Under the pieces are notes generated by a model, which was not told the DNA's origin, did no database searches, and worked only from the letters and a program-made list of their open reading frames with translations. Positions 37,667-46,283 of a DNA stretch of 64,000 nt are shown here, piece after piece. Within the stretch, counting starts at the first letter, position 1; each line of letters opens with the position of its first letter. Both the position numbers and the translations under genes were made by a program. Origin of the DNA: Calditrichota bacterium (GTDB lineage Bacteria; Caldisericota; Caldisericia; UBA6126). The stretch covers positions 117 to 64,116 of the forward strand of contig DAIMET010000005.1 in assembly GCA_036725105.1 (NCBI GenBank), read 5' to 3'.

Positions 37667-39073
37667 ATGTGCGGAGTAATCGGAATCATTTCGATCAGTA
37701 AAAATGTTACGTATGACTTATACAATGGCTTGCTGGATCTTCAGCATCGAGGTCAAGATACTGCTGGAATGCTTATTGATGACCAAAACAGTATTCATCT
37801 TGTAAAGAACCAAGGACGAGTAGCCGAAGTTTTCCATCAAGACACACTTTCTAGTATTCACGGAAAATGTGGTGTAGCACAGGTACGATATCCTACAACC
37901 CGAGGTAAGCACGATCCACAACCGTTTTACAACAGTAGTGGTGGCATAGGGTTAGCCCACAATGGTCACATATTAAACGAAGTCGATGTTCGGAAAGCAT
38001 TAGAAGAAAAACGAATTTATTGCGACTCCGACTGTGATGCAGAAACGATTCTAAATCTTTTTTCCTATTACTTCAATCAATCCAATCAAAGAAGTGTGAA
38101 AGAGAAGTGTTTTGAGTCTGTGTCAAAGATTATGGACATTTTACTCGGATCCTATTCGGTAATTGCAGTAATTCGAGGAGAAGGAATGTTGGTTTTCCGA
38201 GATCCTCACGGAATTCGTCCTCTGGTGTACGGAAAAAGCAAAGATTGCTGGGCATTTGCATCGGAAAGTGTTGCTATCGAAAGCATTGTCGATGATATAC
38301 AAAATGTGAAATGCGGAGAAGCTATTTTTATTGATTACAAATTACAAGCAGAATCTCGCATAATCAATGCTAAACAACCCCAACATTGTATGTTTGAGTG
38401 GATCTATTTCTCCAGAGCCACTTCAAAAATAGAAGGTATCAGTGTTAATCGAGCCAGAGGTAACCTTGGAAAACGATTAGCTGATCTGTATTTGGAAAGT
38501 CCTCTCTATGAAAGACTCAAAAATTCTAATGACAAAATCATTGTTTCACCCATTCCTGAAACTTCCAGACCAGCAACTGTTGTATTTGCAGAAAGAATTG
38601 GATGCGAATACAAAGATGTGCTAGAAAAAAACCGTTTCATTGGCCGTATTTTCATTAAACCCAATGAAACTATTCGACAACATGAAGTTGCTGCAAATGT
38701 AAGAGCAATTGAAGACGTGGTAAAAGATAAAATTGTTTTTTTAGTAGATGATTCCATAGTACGAGGAACTACCTCAAAAGGAATCATCCAGAAAATCCGC
38801 AACAGAGGAGCGAAAGAAGTTCACCTTTTTTCAACATGTCCACCCTTAATTAATCCATGCCACTACGGAGTTAATTTTCCTACAAAAGAAGAGCTCATCA
38901 CCTTCACAAGTTCTGATCCTAAAGAGATAGCAAAGCTCATTCAAGCAGACTCAGTTACGTATATGACAGTAGAAAAGCTCCCAATTTGCTTACGAATACC
39001 TACAGAAGAATTGTGCACTGCTTGTTTAGGTGGAGAAAACCCAACACCTTTATCTCAGAAAATTGAGCTGTAA
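37667..39073 (+). CDS. purF: Amidophosphoribosyltransferase
   Basis: MCGVIGI (N-terminal Cys nucleophile) and the PRPP loop VFLVDDSIVRGTTS. Confidence 0.95.
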   Translation: MCGVIGIISISKNVTYDLYNGLLDLQHRGQDTAGMLIDDQNSIHLVKNQGRVAEVFHQDTLSSIHGKCGVAQVRYPTTRGKHDPQPFYNSSGGIGLAHNGHILNEVDVRKALEEKRIYCDSDCDAETILNLFSYYFNQSNQRSVKEKCFESVSKIMDILLGSYSVIAVIRGEGMLVFRDPHGIRPLVYGKSKDCWAFASESVAIESIVDDIQNVKCGEAIFIDYKLQAESRIINAKQPQHCMFEWIYFSRATSKIEGISVNRARGNLGKRLADLYLESPLYERLKNSNDKIIVSPIPETSRPATVVFAERIGCEYKDVLEKNRFIGRIFIKPNETIRQHEVAANVRAIEDVVKDKIVFLVDDSIVRGTTSKGIIQKIRNRGAKEVHLFSTCPPLINPCHYGVNFPTKEELITFTSSDPKEIAKLIQADSVTYMTVEKLPICLRIPTEELCTACLGGENPTPLSQKIEL

Positions 39074-39090
39074 GGAGTTTTACTATCGAT

Positions 39091-39474
39091 TTACCCTTCA
39101 GGTAACTCGATTTCGATGTCTTCTTCTTCGTCTTCCTCAAATTCATCTTCTTCATCCGTGGAATCAGGCATATCAGGATAGACAATACAATAGCCATCAT
39201 TAATTTTGACTAAACTAAATTGGTTTTCCTCGTCTTCCACTAAATCTTTCAGATACCGGACATAATCAATGTAATCGATCCAATCACCACATTGTTCCAT
39301 AATAACGGAATCTAGTGCTTCCATGTAGTTTTGTAAAGTTACTGCAACAGGGTCCTCATATTCTGACTCAAACTCATCTAACACTTGATCTAGCTCATCA
39401 GAAGATACATCAACATGAACATTTTCCAAGGCTGTCTGAATTTCTTCATTCGTTGTACATCTACGTATGGACAT
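39091..39474 (-). CDS. Hypothetical, very acidic small protein
   Basis: 127-aa ORF. By my count it has 42 D/E and 5 K/R. The C-terminal tail is DSTDEEDEFEEDEEEDIEIELPEG. It is a monocistronic-looking gene convergent with purF. Confidence 0.5.
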   Translation of the reverse strand: MSIRRCTTNEEIQTALENVHVDVSSDELDQVLDEFESEYEDPVAVTLQNYMEALDSVIMEQCGDWIDYIDYVRYLKDLVEDEENQFSLVKINDGYCIVYPDMPDSTDEEDEFEEDEEEDIEIELPEG

Positions 39475-39606
39475 TGCGTCCTCCTTACTTTGTTTTTTAT
39501 AGTTTCAGATAAAAAGAGGATTTTGTAAAGCGAAAACCTGGAACTGTGATTTTTTTCTGCTCGTGCTATTATAAAAGTATTCATTCATAGAAAAGAGGTT
39601 TATTAG

Positions 39607-41334
39607 ATGACAAATATACATCCAACATATCCTATCTACCAAGAAATTGATGTAAAAGTACCAATGAGAGATGGGATTTATCTTTCTACCGATGTTTTTC
39701 TACCCTCCAAGGAAGGCTCTTTTCCTATCATCCTAACACGAACGCCTTATGGAAACAATGATCCACAAAGACTACAGATGAAACAATGGTTTGTTCAGCG
39801 TGGGTTTGGTTATGTATTCCAAGATTGCAGAGGCAGATATGACAGCGAAGGAGAATGGGAACCGTTTCGACATGAAAGAAATGATGGATGGGATACTTTG
39901 GAATGGATCTCTTCACAGCCATTTTGTAACGGAAACATAGGAATGACAGGAGGAAGCTACGAAGGATATACATCTTGGATACAAGCTCCTAATTCTCATC
40001 CCTCTCTAAAGGCAATTGTACCCTTGGTACCACTACCAGATCCCGTCCTAAATGTACCTTATCAAAATGGAGCATTTTTCTGGAATATGATCGTATGGGG
40101 TTTGTTTGTCCACGGAAAAACAAACCAAAATCTTTCTTTTATAAACTGGCCATCAATATATCAATATAGGCCTTTACAGGATATGGCAAAAGTAGTTGGA
40201 ATGGGAAATAGTAAAACGTGGAAACATTGGATGGAGCATTATCAAAAAGATTCTTGGTGGGAAGAAGTTTGCTACATGCATAAATGGAGTGAAGTAAACA
40301 TACCCATTTTACATGTATGTGGTTGGTATGATGATGATGGAATCTCCACCTATCTTAATTATCCAGGAATGAGAAAAGAAGCGAAAACCAAGAAAGCTAG
40401 TGATCAACAAGAGTTGATTATTGGTCCATGGCCACATAAGCTAAACAAAAGCACTCAGTGTGGGGATCTAGATTTCGGATCTGGAGCCTTGATCGACCTA
40501 GAAACAGAAATGTTTCTATTCTTTTCTAGACACCTTACAGGAAAAGAATACTCTCATCAAAGTATTTCTAAGCTCCCCTATAAAGATCCAAAAGACCGCT
40601 GTCGGATATTCATCATGGGGGATAATCAATGGTATAGTTTCAAAGATTGGCCAATACCCCAAGCCATGAAAACCAAGTTCTATATCCATAGCAATGGAAA
40701 CGCAAACAGTGTTTTTGGTGACGGTGCTTTGTCGACTCGACCCCCCTTGGCTACAGAATTACCAGACCACTTTGACTATGATCCGCAAAATCCTGTCCCT
40801 TACGTTACTGATCCGGTACGGTTGCAATTAGGAGAGGCATGTGATCAACAATCCATTGAAAGAAGACCTGATGTACTGGTATACACCACAGCTCCATTAG
40901 AAAAAGACTGTATTGTTTGCGGAAGAGTCTTTTTACACCTTGTGTGTAGTTCATCAGCACCTGGTACAGATTTCACAGCTAAATTAGTAGATGTCTACCC
41001 CAATGGAAAAGCCATCCAGCTATGTGATGGAATTCAAAGAGTAGAATATCGTGATTCCCTGGAAAAACCAACCTGGATCAACAAAGATGAAGTTGTTAAT
41101 CTCAACATTGATCTATGGGCAACAGGAATACGTTTTTTCAAGGGACACCAAATACGATTAGAGATTAGTTCTTCTGCATGTCCTAAATTTTATCCTCATG
41201 CCAACACAAAAGAAAATCCGTCCAAAGCAATTCAAACCGAGACTGCACATCAAACTATTTTCCATTCACTGGGAAAAGAATCCTATTTGATACTCGATGT
41301 AATCCCCGAGATATCAATGGAAAGAGCAATATGA
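39607..41334 (+). CDS. CocE/NonD-family (peptidase S15, X-Pro dipeptidyl-peptidase-like) alpha/beta hydrolase
   Basis: VPMRDGIYLSTDVFLP...PIILTRTPYG, the nucleophile elbow GMTGGSYEGY, and a C-terminal beta-sandwich (AKLVDVYPNGKAIQLCDGI...IRLEISSS). No signal peptide. Confidence 0.8.
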   Translation: MTNIHPTYPIYQEIDVKVPMRDGIYLSTDVFLPSKEGSFPIILTRTPYGNNDPQRLQMKQWFVQRGFGYVFQDCRGRYDSEGEWEPFRHERNDGWDTLEWISSQPFCNGNIGMTGGSYEGYTSWIQAPNSHPSLKAIVPLVPLPDPVLNVPYQNGAFFWNMIVWGLFVHGKTNQNLSFINWPSIYQYRPLQDMAKVVGMGNSKTWKHWMEHYQKDSWWEEVCYMHKWSEVNIPILHVCGWYDDDGISTYLNYPGMRKEAKTKKASDQQELIIGPWPHKLNKSTQCGDLDFGSGALIDLETEMFLFFSRHLTGKEYSHQSISKLPYKDPKDRCRIFIMGDNQWYSFKDWPIPQAMKTKFYIHSNGNANSVFGDGALSTRPPLATELPDHFDYDPQNPVPYVTDPVRLQLGEACDQQSIERRPDVLVYTTAPLEKDCIVCGRVFLHLVCSSSAPGTDFTAKLVDVYPNGKAIQLCDGIQRVEYRDSLEKPTWINKDEVVNLNIDLWATGIRFFKGHQIRLEISSSACPKFYPHANTKENPSKAIQTETAHQTIFHSLGKESYLILDVIPEISMERAI

Positions 41335-42629
41335 AATTAACAGAATATGAAAAAAAAATGCTCCAGGGTGAATATGGTCAAATACGTGCAAAAGCTTTAG
41401 ACTATTTGGTGCAATTTGGGGAGGCTTTTGGAGCAGAAAAACTTGTTGACATATCCTACAGTCATTATCCAGCAGAAATGGCCATATATGACGGCTTTTG
41501 TGAAGATGTTGAACAATATGCAAATCAAAATATCCAGGTAGTTGTTCCCACTACTAGTTCAACACTGTGTTGTGACATAGAAGATCCTAGTTTAACAAAC
41601 TGTCCCTCTGAACTTTTCTTTCTTCAAGAAAAAACAAAACATGCATTCCCAAAAATGGGGATACTTGAAACTTTTACTTGTACACCCCAGCAGATTGGCT
41701 TTGTTCCTCCTATGGGTAGCTATATTAGTTCCGTAGAAAGCAGTGCCATTATCTATTTCAACAGTGTACTGGGAGCACGTACAAATAGGGGTGGTTTGTT
41801 TACTCGATATTCATCTATTACGGGAAAATATCCCGCTATGGGATATCTATTAGACCAGAACCGATCTCCTTCGTGCTATTGTGAACTAACACTGAGCCCA
41901 AATGATTTATCTCGAATCGACCAATGGTCTATACTTGGCTACCTGATTGGTGAATATGCACAAGATCAAGTTCCTTTTATTCACTCTTCCAATAAACCAA
42001 AACCAACAATGAGTCAAATTGTTTCCTTGGGTGCTGCTATGGCAACTTCTGGTTCCGTAACATTGTTTCACTGGAATGGAATTACTCCTGAAGCAATACA
42101 ATATGACACTTCATCGTTAAAAGATTTGCCATATGTTCAGATTAGTAAAAAAGAAATGTTAGAAACAAGAGCAAAATTTACAGTAGTCAATGAAAACCAG
42201 CCTATTGATTTTGTCGTTTTAGGTTGTCCACATGCAACACTTTCCATGATACAACATGTAGCTACAAAAATGGAAGGAAAAACAATTCATGAAAATGTAA
42301 CATTTTGGATTTGCACAAACCGTATGACAAAATTACAGTCGTCTCACTTAGGTTTCACACAAACACTTGAAAGAGCAGGAATTCGTTTGATCGCTGATAC
42401 ATGTCCCGTTGAATCACACATGCGAAGCAATATTTGTTCTCGCTTCGGTGTTCCTTTTCCATGCTATCAAACAATGGCTTCCAATAGTCTTAAGATGCTT
42501 CATTATTCAAAGAATCTCCTTGGTGTAAAACCAGTTTTATTATCTACAGATCAATGCATTGAGAGTGCTGTAATAGGAAAACGTGTTTCTATGGATTGGA
42601 AAGAGGATAACTATAATGAAAGTATTTAA
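41331..42629 (+). CDS. Aconitase X (AcnX), catalytic large subunit (DUF521)
   Basis: It begins MKLTEYEKKMLQGEYGQIRAKALDYLVQFGEAFGAEKLVDISYSH, the typical DUF521 N-terminus by recollection. Conserved Cys-containing segments are LGCPHATL and ADTCPVESHM. There is an ATGA overlap with the upstream hydrolase. Confidence 0.75.
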   Translation: MKLTEYEKKMLQGEYGQIRAKALDYLVQFGEAFGAEKLVDISYSHYPAEMAIYDGFCEDVEQYANQNIQVVVPTTSSTLCCDIEDPSLTNCPSELFFLQEKTKHAFPKMGILETFTCTPQQIGFVPPMGSYISSVESSAIIYFNSVLGARTNRGGLFTRYSSITGKYPAMGYLLDQNRSPSCYCELTLSPNDLSRIDQWSILGYLIGEYAQDQVPFIHSSNKPKPTMSQIVSLGAAMATSGSVTLFHWNGITPEAIQYDTSSLKDLPYVQISKKEMLETRAKFTVVNENQPIDFVVLGCPHATLSMIQHVATKMEGKTIHENVTFWICTNRMTKLQSSHLGFTQTLERAGIRLIADTCPVESHMRSNICSRFGVPFPCYQTMASNSLKMLHYSKNLLGVKPVLLSTDQCIESAVIGKRVSMDWKEDNYNESI

Positions 42630-43041
42630 AGGGAAAAGAATTGTAAAGGGTTCAGCCCAATTGGATACTATCTCTGCGCCTTGCCTCCTTTGCCCACACA
42701 GCTTTTCTTTTTTGGGAGACATTGATAGTCATAGTGGTAAAATCATTCGTATCGATAGTCCTTGTAAAGATATGCATATTTCTCAGCAGATACTAGCTTT
42801 TACTGCATCAAAAGGATCCTCAAGCGGTTGTGTCATTTTGTCATCTTTAGCAAAAGAAGGCAAAGGTCCTGTAGCAATTATTACCCTGCAACCAGCAGAT
42901 TACAACCTAGTAGAAGGAGCAATTTTAGGAGAAATTCCGTTTCTTGCAGAAATAGATCCACAATTTTTTAAAGAAATACAAACGGGTATGCAGATAACAA
43001 TACAGGGAAATACTTGTACTCTTCTTGAAAAAGAACAGTAA
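42616..43041 (+). CDS. Aconitase X swivel-domain small subunit (DUF126)
   Basis: The ATG at 42616 (AAGAGGA SD) overlaps the large subunit by 14 nt. It contains SFSFLGDIDSHSGKII, ASKGSSSGCVILSSL and GPVAIITLQPADYNLVEGAILGEIPFL. Confidence 0.75.
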   Translation: MKVFKGKRIVKGSAQLDTISAPCLLCPHSFSFLGDIDSHSGKIIRIDSPCKDMHISQQILAFTASKGSSSGCVILSSLAKEGKGPVAIITLQPADYNLVEGAILGEIPFLAEIDPQFFKEIQTGMQITIQGNTCTLLEKEQ

Positions 43042-43055
43042 TGGGAGTTACTGTT

Positions 43056-44051
43056 TTATTCGCTAGAATCTGATACAGTTGGGATATCTATAACAACAGC
43101 CTGATTCATAAGGCTGATTTTAAAGGTAATCCTTTGTTCGTTCATCCGACCGGGGTTATCTTCATCCAAACCGATTGGTGCAATAATATGAAACTCACCT
43201 GCCACAAGATCATATTCATCTTCAGTTAGGTATAGTATTGCATTCTGTTCTGTCTTCCCTTTGGGCCAACTAGCAACAAATTTTCGTAAAGGATAAGATA
43301 TAGGATTTTCAGTATTGGGTTCTTGAGATATAGATCCGTCTTCGTGAATATACCAGTTCACCATACCTTCTTCTCGAAATTCAGAAGGCTCTTCCATAGA
43401 GGCATTAAAAAGAATCAAAAGATCTTGTGGTTTTTGAAGCTCAGTGCCACGTATTTGGGAGGCATCGAAAGAAACCCAATCTTCATCCATTAAAGTTTTA
43501 TAATAGATTTTTTGGTTGGAAATGATAATTTCTTTTTCAGACACAGCTGTTCCTTTATTGTCGTCAGTCAGCATTTTGCAATAGATATCACCACTTGAAC
43601 TCAGCATATATTTTGTGTAAGTGATTTCTTGATCTGGCATATTAATGTACTGCTGCCAGGAAGATTGAAATAAAAAGGACTGGTAATGTTGAAGTTCTTC
43701 GGTTGCTGTGTTTATAATATTGACATAAGAAAGAGGTTCTAAGACTATTTTATACTCTTTTTTTTCGATAAATCTTGAAAAGGAAGTTGGTTTTGATAAG
43801 GGCTTATAGCCTTGCTTAGAAACAAATATTGATTGTTTGGGTACCATGGAGGTGTGAATTTCAAATACACCATTTTCATCTGTTGTTGTTGAATTTTCAC
43901 CCAGCGTGATGGTTGCATTGGCCACAGGTTTTTGGCTAAGTGCATCTTCCACTGTACCGGTCACATGTACGCCAGTAGAAAATAAAAACCACACGAGAAC
44001 AACCCCGATAATAAGAATCCCTAAAAGAATGAGTAAAACTTTCTTTTTCAT
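43056..44051 (-). CDS. Membrane-anchored protein with a carboxypeptidase-regulatory-like (CarboxypepD_reg) domain
   Basis: TM segment VLLILLGILIIGVVLVWFLF, then GTVEDALSQKPVANATITLGENSTTTDENGVFEI. The rest is unassigned. Confidence 0.6.
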   Translation of the reverse strand: MKKKVLLILLGILIIGVVLVWFLFSTGVHVTGTVEDALSQKPVANATITLGENSTTTDENGVFEIHTSMVPKQSIFVSKQGYKPLSKPTSFSRFIEKKEYKIVLEPLSYVNIINTATEELQHYQSFLFQSSWQQYINMPDQEITYTKYMLSSSGDIYCKMLTDDNKGTAVSEKEIIISNQKIYYKTLMDEDWVSFDASQIRGTELQKPQDLLILFNASMEEPSEFREEGMVNWYIHEDGSISQEPNTENPISYPLRKFVASWPKGKTEQNAILYLTEDEYDLVAGEFHIIAPIGLDEDNPGRMNEQRITFKISLMNQAVVIDIPTVSDSSE

Positions 44052-44086
44052 ATATCACCCTGAACATTATTTTCTTTAAGTATAGT

Positions 44087-44127
44087 AAAAAAGCGGGAGT
44101 AAATAAAACTCCCGCTAATTTTTTTTT
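44087..44127 (-). terminator. Rho-independent terminator (bidirectional geometry)
   Basis: A 9-bp stem AGCGGGAGT/ACTCCCGCT (44092..44116) with a 7-nt loop. It is flanked by A6 on one side and T9 on the other. It lies directly after the stop of the 44138..44584 gene. Confidence 0.75.
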
Positions 44128-44137
44128 ATGAGACGGA

Positions 44138-44584
44138 TTAATTCAGAGAATCCGTGATTTTCCAAACACCGTCAATTTTTGTTAAAACATATTGGCCATG
44201 GGGATTTGTCTCCCGGCCTTTTTCTTTAGCAATCAGGGTGAATGCAACAACTTTTTGACTTTGTCGTTCCGTAGGAGTAACTTTTTCTATCTTTACACCA
44301 ATATAGACGGTTCCATGGTTTCGAGCATTTTCAAACTGAGCCTGAAAAGTTTCTACGTCTTGTTTGGTCTTCTGATAATTCCCTCCGAGTAGCTGAAATG
44401 CTTCCTCATATTGTTCTTGTGCAATATGGTGGAAATATGTTTTTACTGTCTTTGCAGGAGATGGGGCATATATGCTGTAAGCCCACCATGCCAATAAAAC
44501 TACAAGTATACCAACACCAAGAATATACAAGATGGTTCTTGGATTCTTTTCAGAAGGGTCAATAGCAGTGGTTTTCGTAATCAT
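44138..44584 (-). CDS. Membrane-anchored NTF2-like/DUF4878-like protein
   Basis: 148 aa. TM segment ILYILGVGILVVLLAWWAY, followed by AKTVKTYFHHIAQEQYEEAFQLL...GQYVLTKIDGVWKITD. Confidence 0.55.
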   Translation of the reverse strand: MITKTTAIDPSEKNPRTILYILGVGILVVLLAWWAYSIYAPSPAKTVKTYFHHIAQEQYEEAFQLLGGNYQKTKQDVETFQAQFENARNHGTVYIGVKIEKVTPTERQSQKVVAFTLIAKEKGRETNPHGQYVLTKIDGVWKITDSLN

Positions 44585-44596
44585 GTTGATCTCCTT

Positions 44597-45199
44597 TTAT
44601 TGCTGAGGGACAAGTTTTTGTGCTTGGTTTTTGTTGTATTCGGTTGTTACATTACCAACGATTTTCCAACCTTCACCAGGAATCTTTTCACAAAGATAAG
44701 CTCCAACGCTGGTAACCAATGATCCCTGATAAAACACATCAATTTCAACAACTACAATTCGCTGATTCTTTTCTTTACCTTTCAACTCATCAATAACACG
44801 AATCGCACGGGTACGTGTGCCAGATCGAACAGCGGTATCATAATCAGAGGCAAATTTTTCGTACGACCCTCTACTCTTTTTGTAATCTTTGGCAATAAAA
44901 GAATACGCCACGGAATAGTTTTCATTCATAAGTGCGTAGAAGAAATTTCGAACTGTTTTGGTAGGAGTAGGAATAACCAGATAGAGAATAAAAGAAAGGA
45001 AAAAGAGAATCAAGGCTCCTACGACAATATTGCGAAGCCATCGAAAACACTTTTTTGGTTTCTTGGATGACAAATCTATGCTTTCGTCTTTGGATGAATC
45101 TTTTGACCCTACTTCAGTATGGGAGTTTGAAACATCCTCTTCTGTGACATCTTGTTGCAGTGAATGTGAGTCTTGATCTTCGTAAGAAACATATGTCAT
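44597..45199 (-). CDS. Membrane-anchored NTF2-like/DUF4878-like protein (tandem paralogue with an acidic N-terminal tail)
   Basis: 200 aa. TM segment IVVGALILFFLSFILYLVI, followed by TKTVRNFFYALMNENYSVAYSFI...CEKIPGEGWKIVGN. The architecture matches the neighbouring gene. ATGA overlap with the PPIase gene. Confidence 0.55.
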   Translation of the reverse strand: MTYVSYEDQDSHSLQQDVTEEDVSNSHTEVGSKDSSKDESIDLSSKKPKKCFRWLRNIVVGALILFFLSFILYLVIPTPTKTVRNFFYALMNENYSVAYSFIAKDYKKSRGSYEKFASDYDTAVRSGTRTRAIRVIDELKGKEKNQRIVVVEIDVFYQGSLVTSVGAYLCEKIPGEGWKIVGNVTTEYNKNQAQKLVPQQ

Positions 45200-46272
45200 T
45201 TAGTAACTCCTCGCAAACGATCCCACCATTCCAAGAAATGAGTCCATCGATTTCCTACAACCATGCGACGTTCATATTGATCCGAAAGGCGATTCATGAA
45301 TCCATTAACAACTTGGTCTTGCTTTTGATAAATGACATCCTCTTCAATAAGGTCCCGTACTTCTTCATATGTATTCTTCTTCTCTTCAGTTCTCTCATCA
45401 ACACGAAGAACATACCATCCATCTCGAGCCTGAAGCAGATAATACTCACCAAGAGCTAAATCTGGAAAGAACGCATTGTTTGCGATTTCTGGATACAGTT
45501 CTTCTTTTGTTACCCAGCCCATATCGCCCTTATCGGACATTACAGTAGGGCTAATCGATTTTTCTTGAGCAAGTTTTTCAAAATCTGCTCCATCTAAAAG
45601 CTGGTCCATAATTTCTTTGGCAACATTTTCTTCTTCAACAACAATGAAATGAAGATTTGCCTTTGCAGGTACATCGTAATACGGAGCAAATTCATTATAA
45701 TGAGCTCGCATTTCTTCTTCTGTTGCTTCAACTCCATTTCGGATAGGCTCTAAAACCTTGTCGTAAATGGTTTGGTACTTCATATCATTCCAAAAAGAAC
45801 GCCATGGAATTCCATAATCAGATAGAGTGGCTCGAATGTCAACTTCTTCTTCGGGACTAGAAGCATATGAATTCGCATATTCATCAATTGTAGCTTGCAC
45901 TTCTTCGTTTGTGACAGTAATATCGTTTTCCTGTGCATATAGATACACACATTTCAGCTTAATTAAATTCTCCAAAGCTTTGGCTTGAACTCGTTCTTCA
46001 GTGGTGATTCGATCTTCTTCATCCATGTTTTTCAGTTTTTGCTGATAATCAGGAGGAGTAAGTCGTTGTGTTTCAATTTCAAGTTCTTGTGCAGTAATGT
46101 CAAGCGGGCCAACACTCATGACAATATTTTTCGATTGATAAAACCACGTGAAGAGAAATGCTAAAACAAGGATTGGAACTATAATGAATAGCATTTTCCA
46201 TTGGATTCTTCTAGAAGAACTATCTGAAACGGTACCCTTGTTTTTATTACGGAGTAATTTGTCTTTTTTCAT
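45196..46272 (-). CDS. Membrane-anchored parvulin-type peptidyl-prolyl isomerase (PrsA/SurA-like)
   Basis: TM segment MLFIIVPILVLAFLFTWF and a SurA_N-like helical region. The parvulin core is LHFIVVEEENVAKEIMDQLLDGADFEKLAQEKS...GDMGWVTKEEL...GWYVLRV. Confidence 0.75.
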   Translation of the reverse strand: MKKDKLLRNKNKGTVSDSSSRRIQWKMLFIIVPILVLAFLFTWFYQSKNIVMSVGPLDITAQELEIETQRLTPPDYQQKLKNMDEEDRITTEERVQAKALENLIKLKCVYLYAQENDITVTNEEVQATIDEYANSYASSPEEEVDIRATLSDYGIPWRSFWNDMKYQTIYDKVLEPIRNGVEATEEEMRAHYNEFAPYYDVPAKANLHFIVVEEENVAKEIMDQLLDGADFEKLAQEKSISPTVMSDKGDMGWVTKEELYPEIANNAFFPDLALGEYYLLQARDGWYVLRVDERTEEKKNTYEEVRDLIEEDVIYQKQDQVVNGFMNRLSDQYERRMVVGNRWTHFLEWWDRLRGVTK

Positions 46273-46283
46273 AGTTTATGTCC

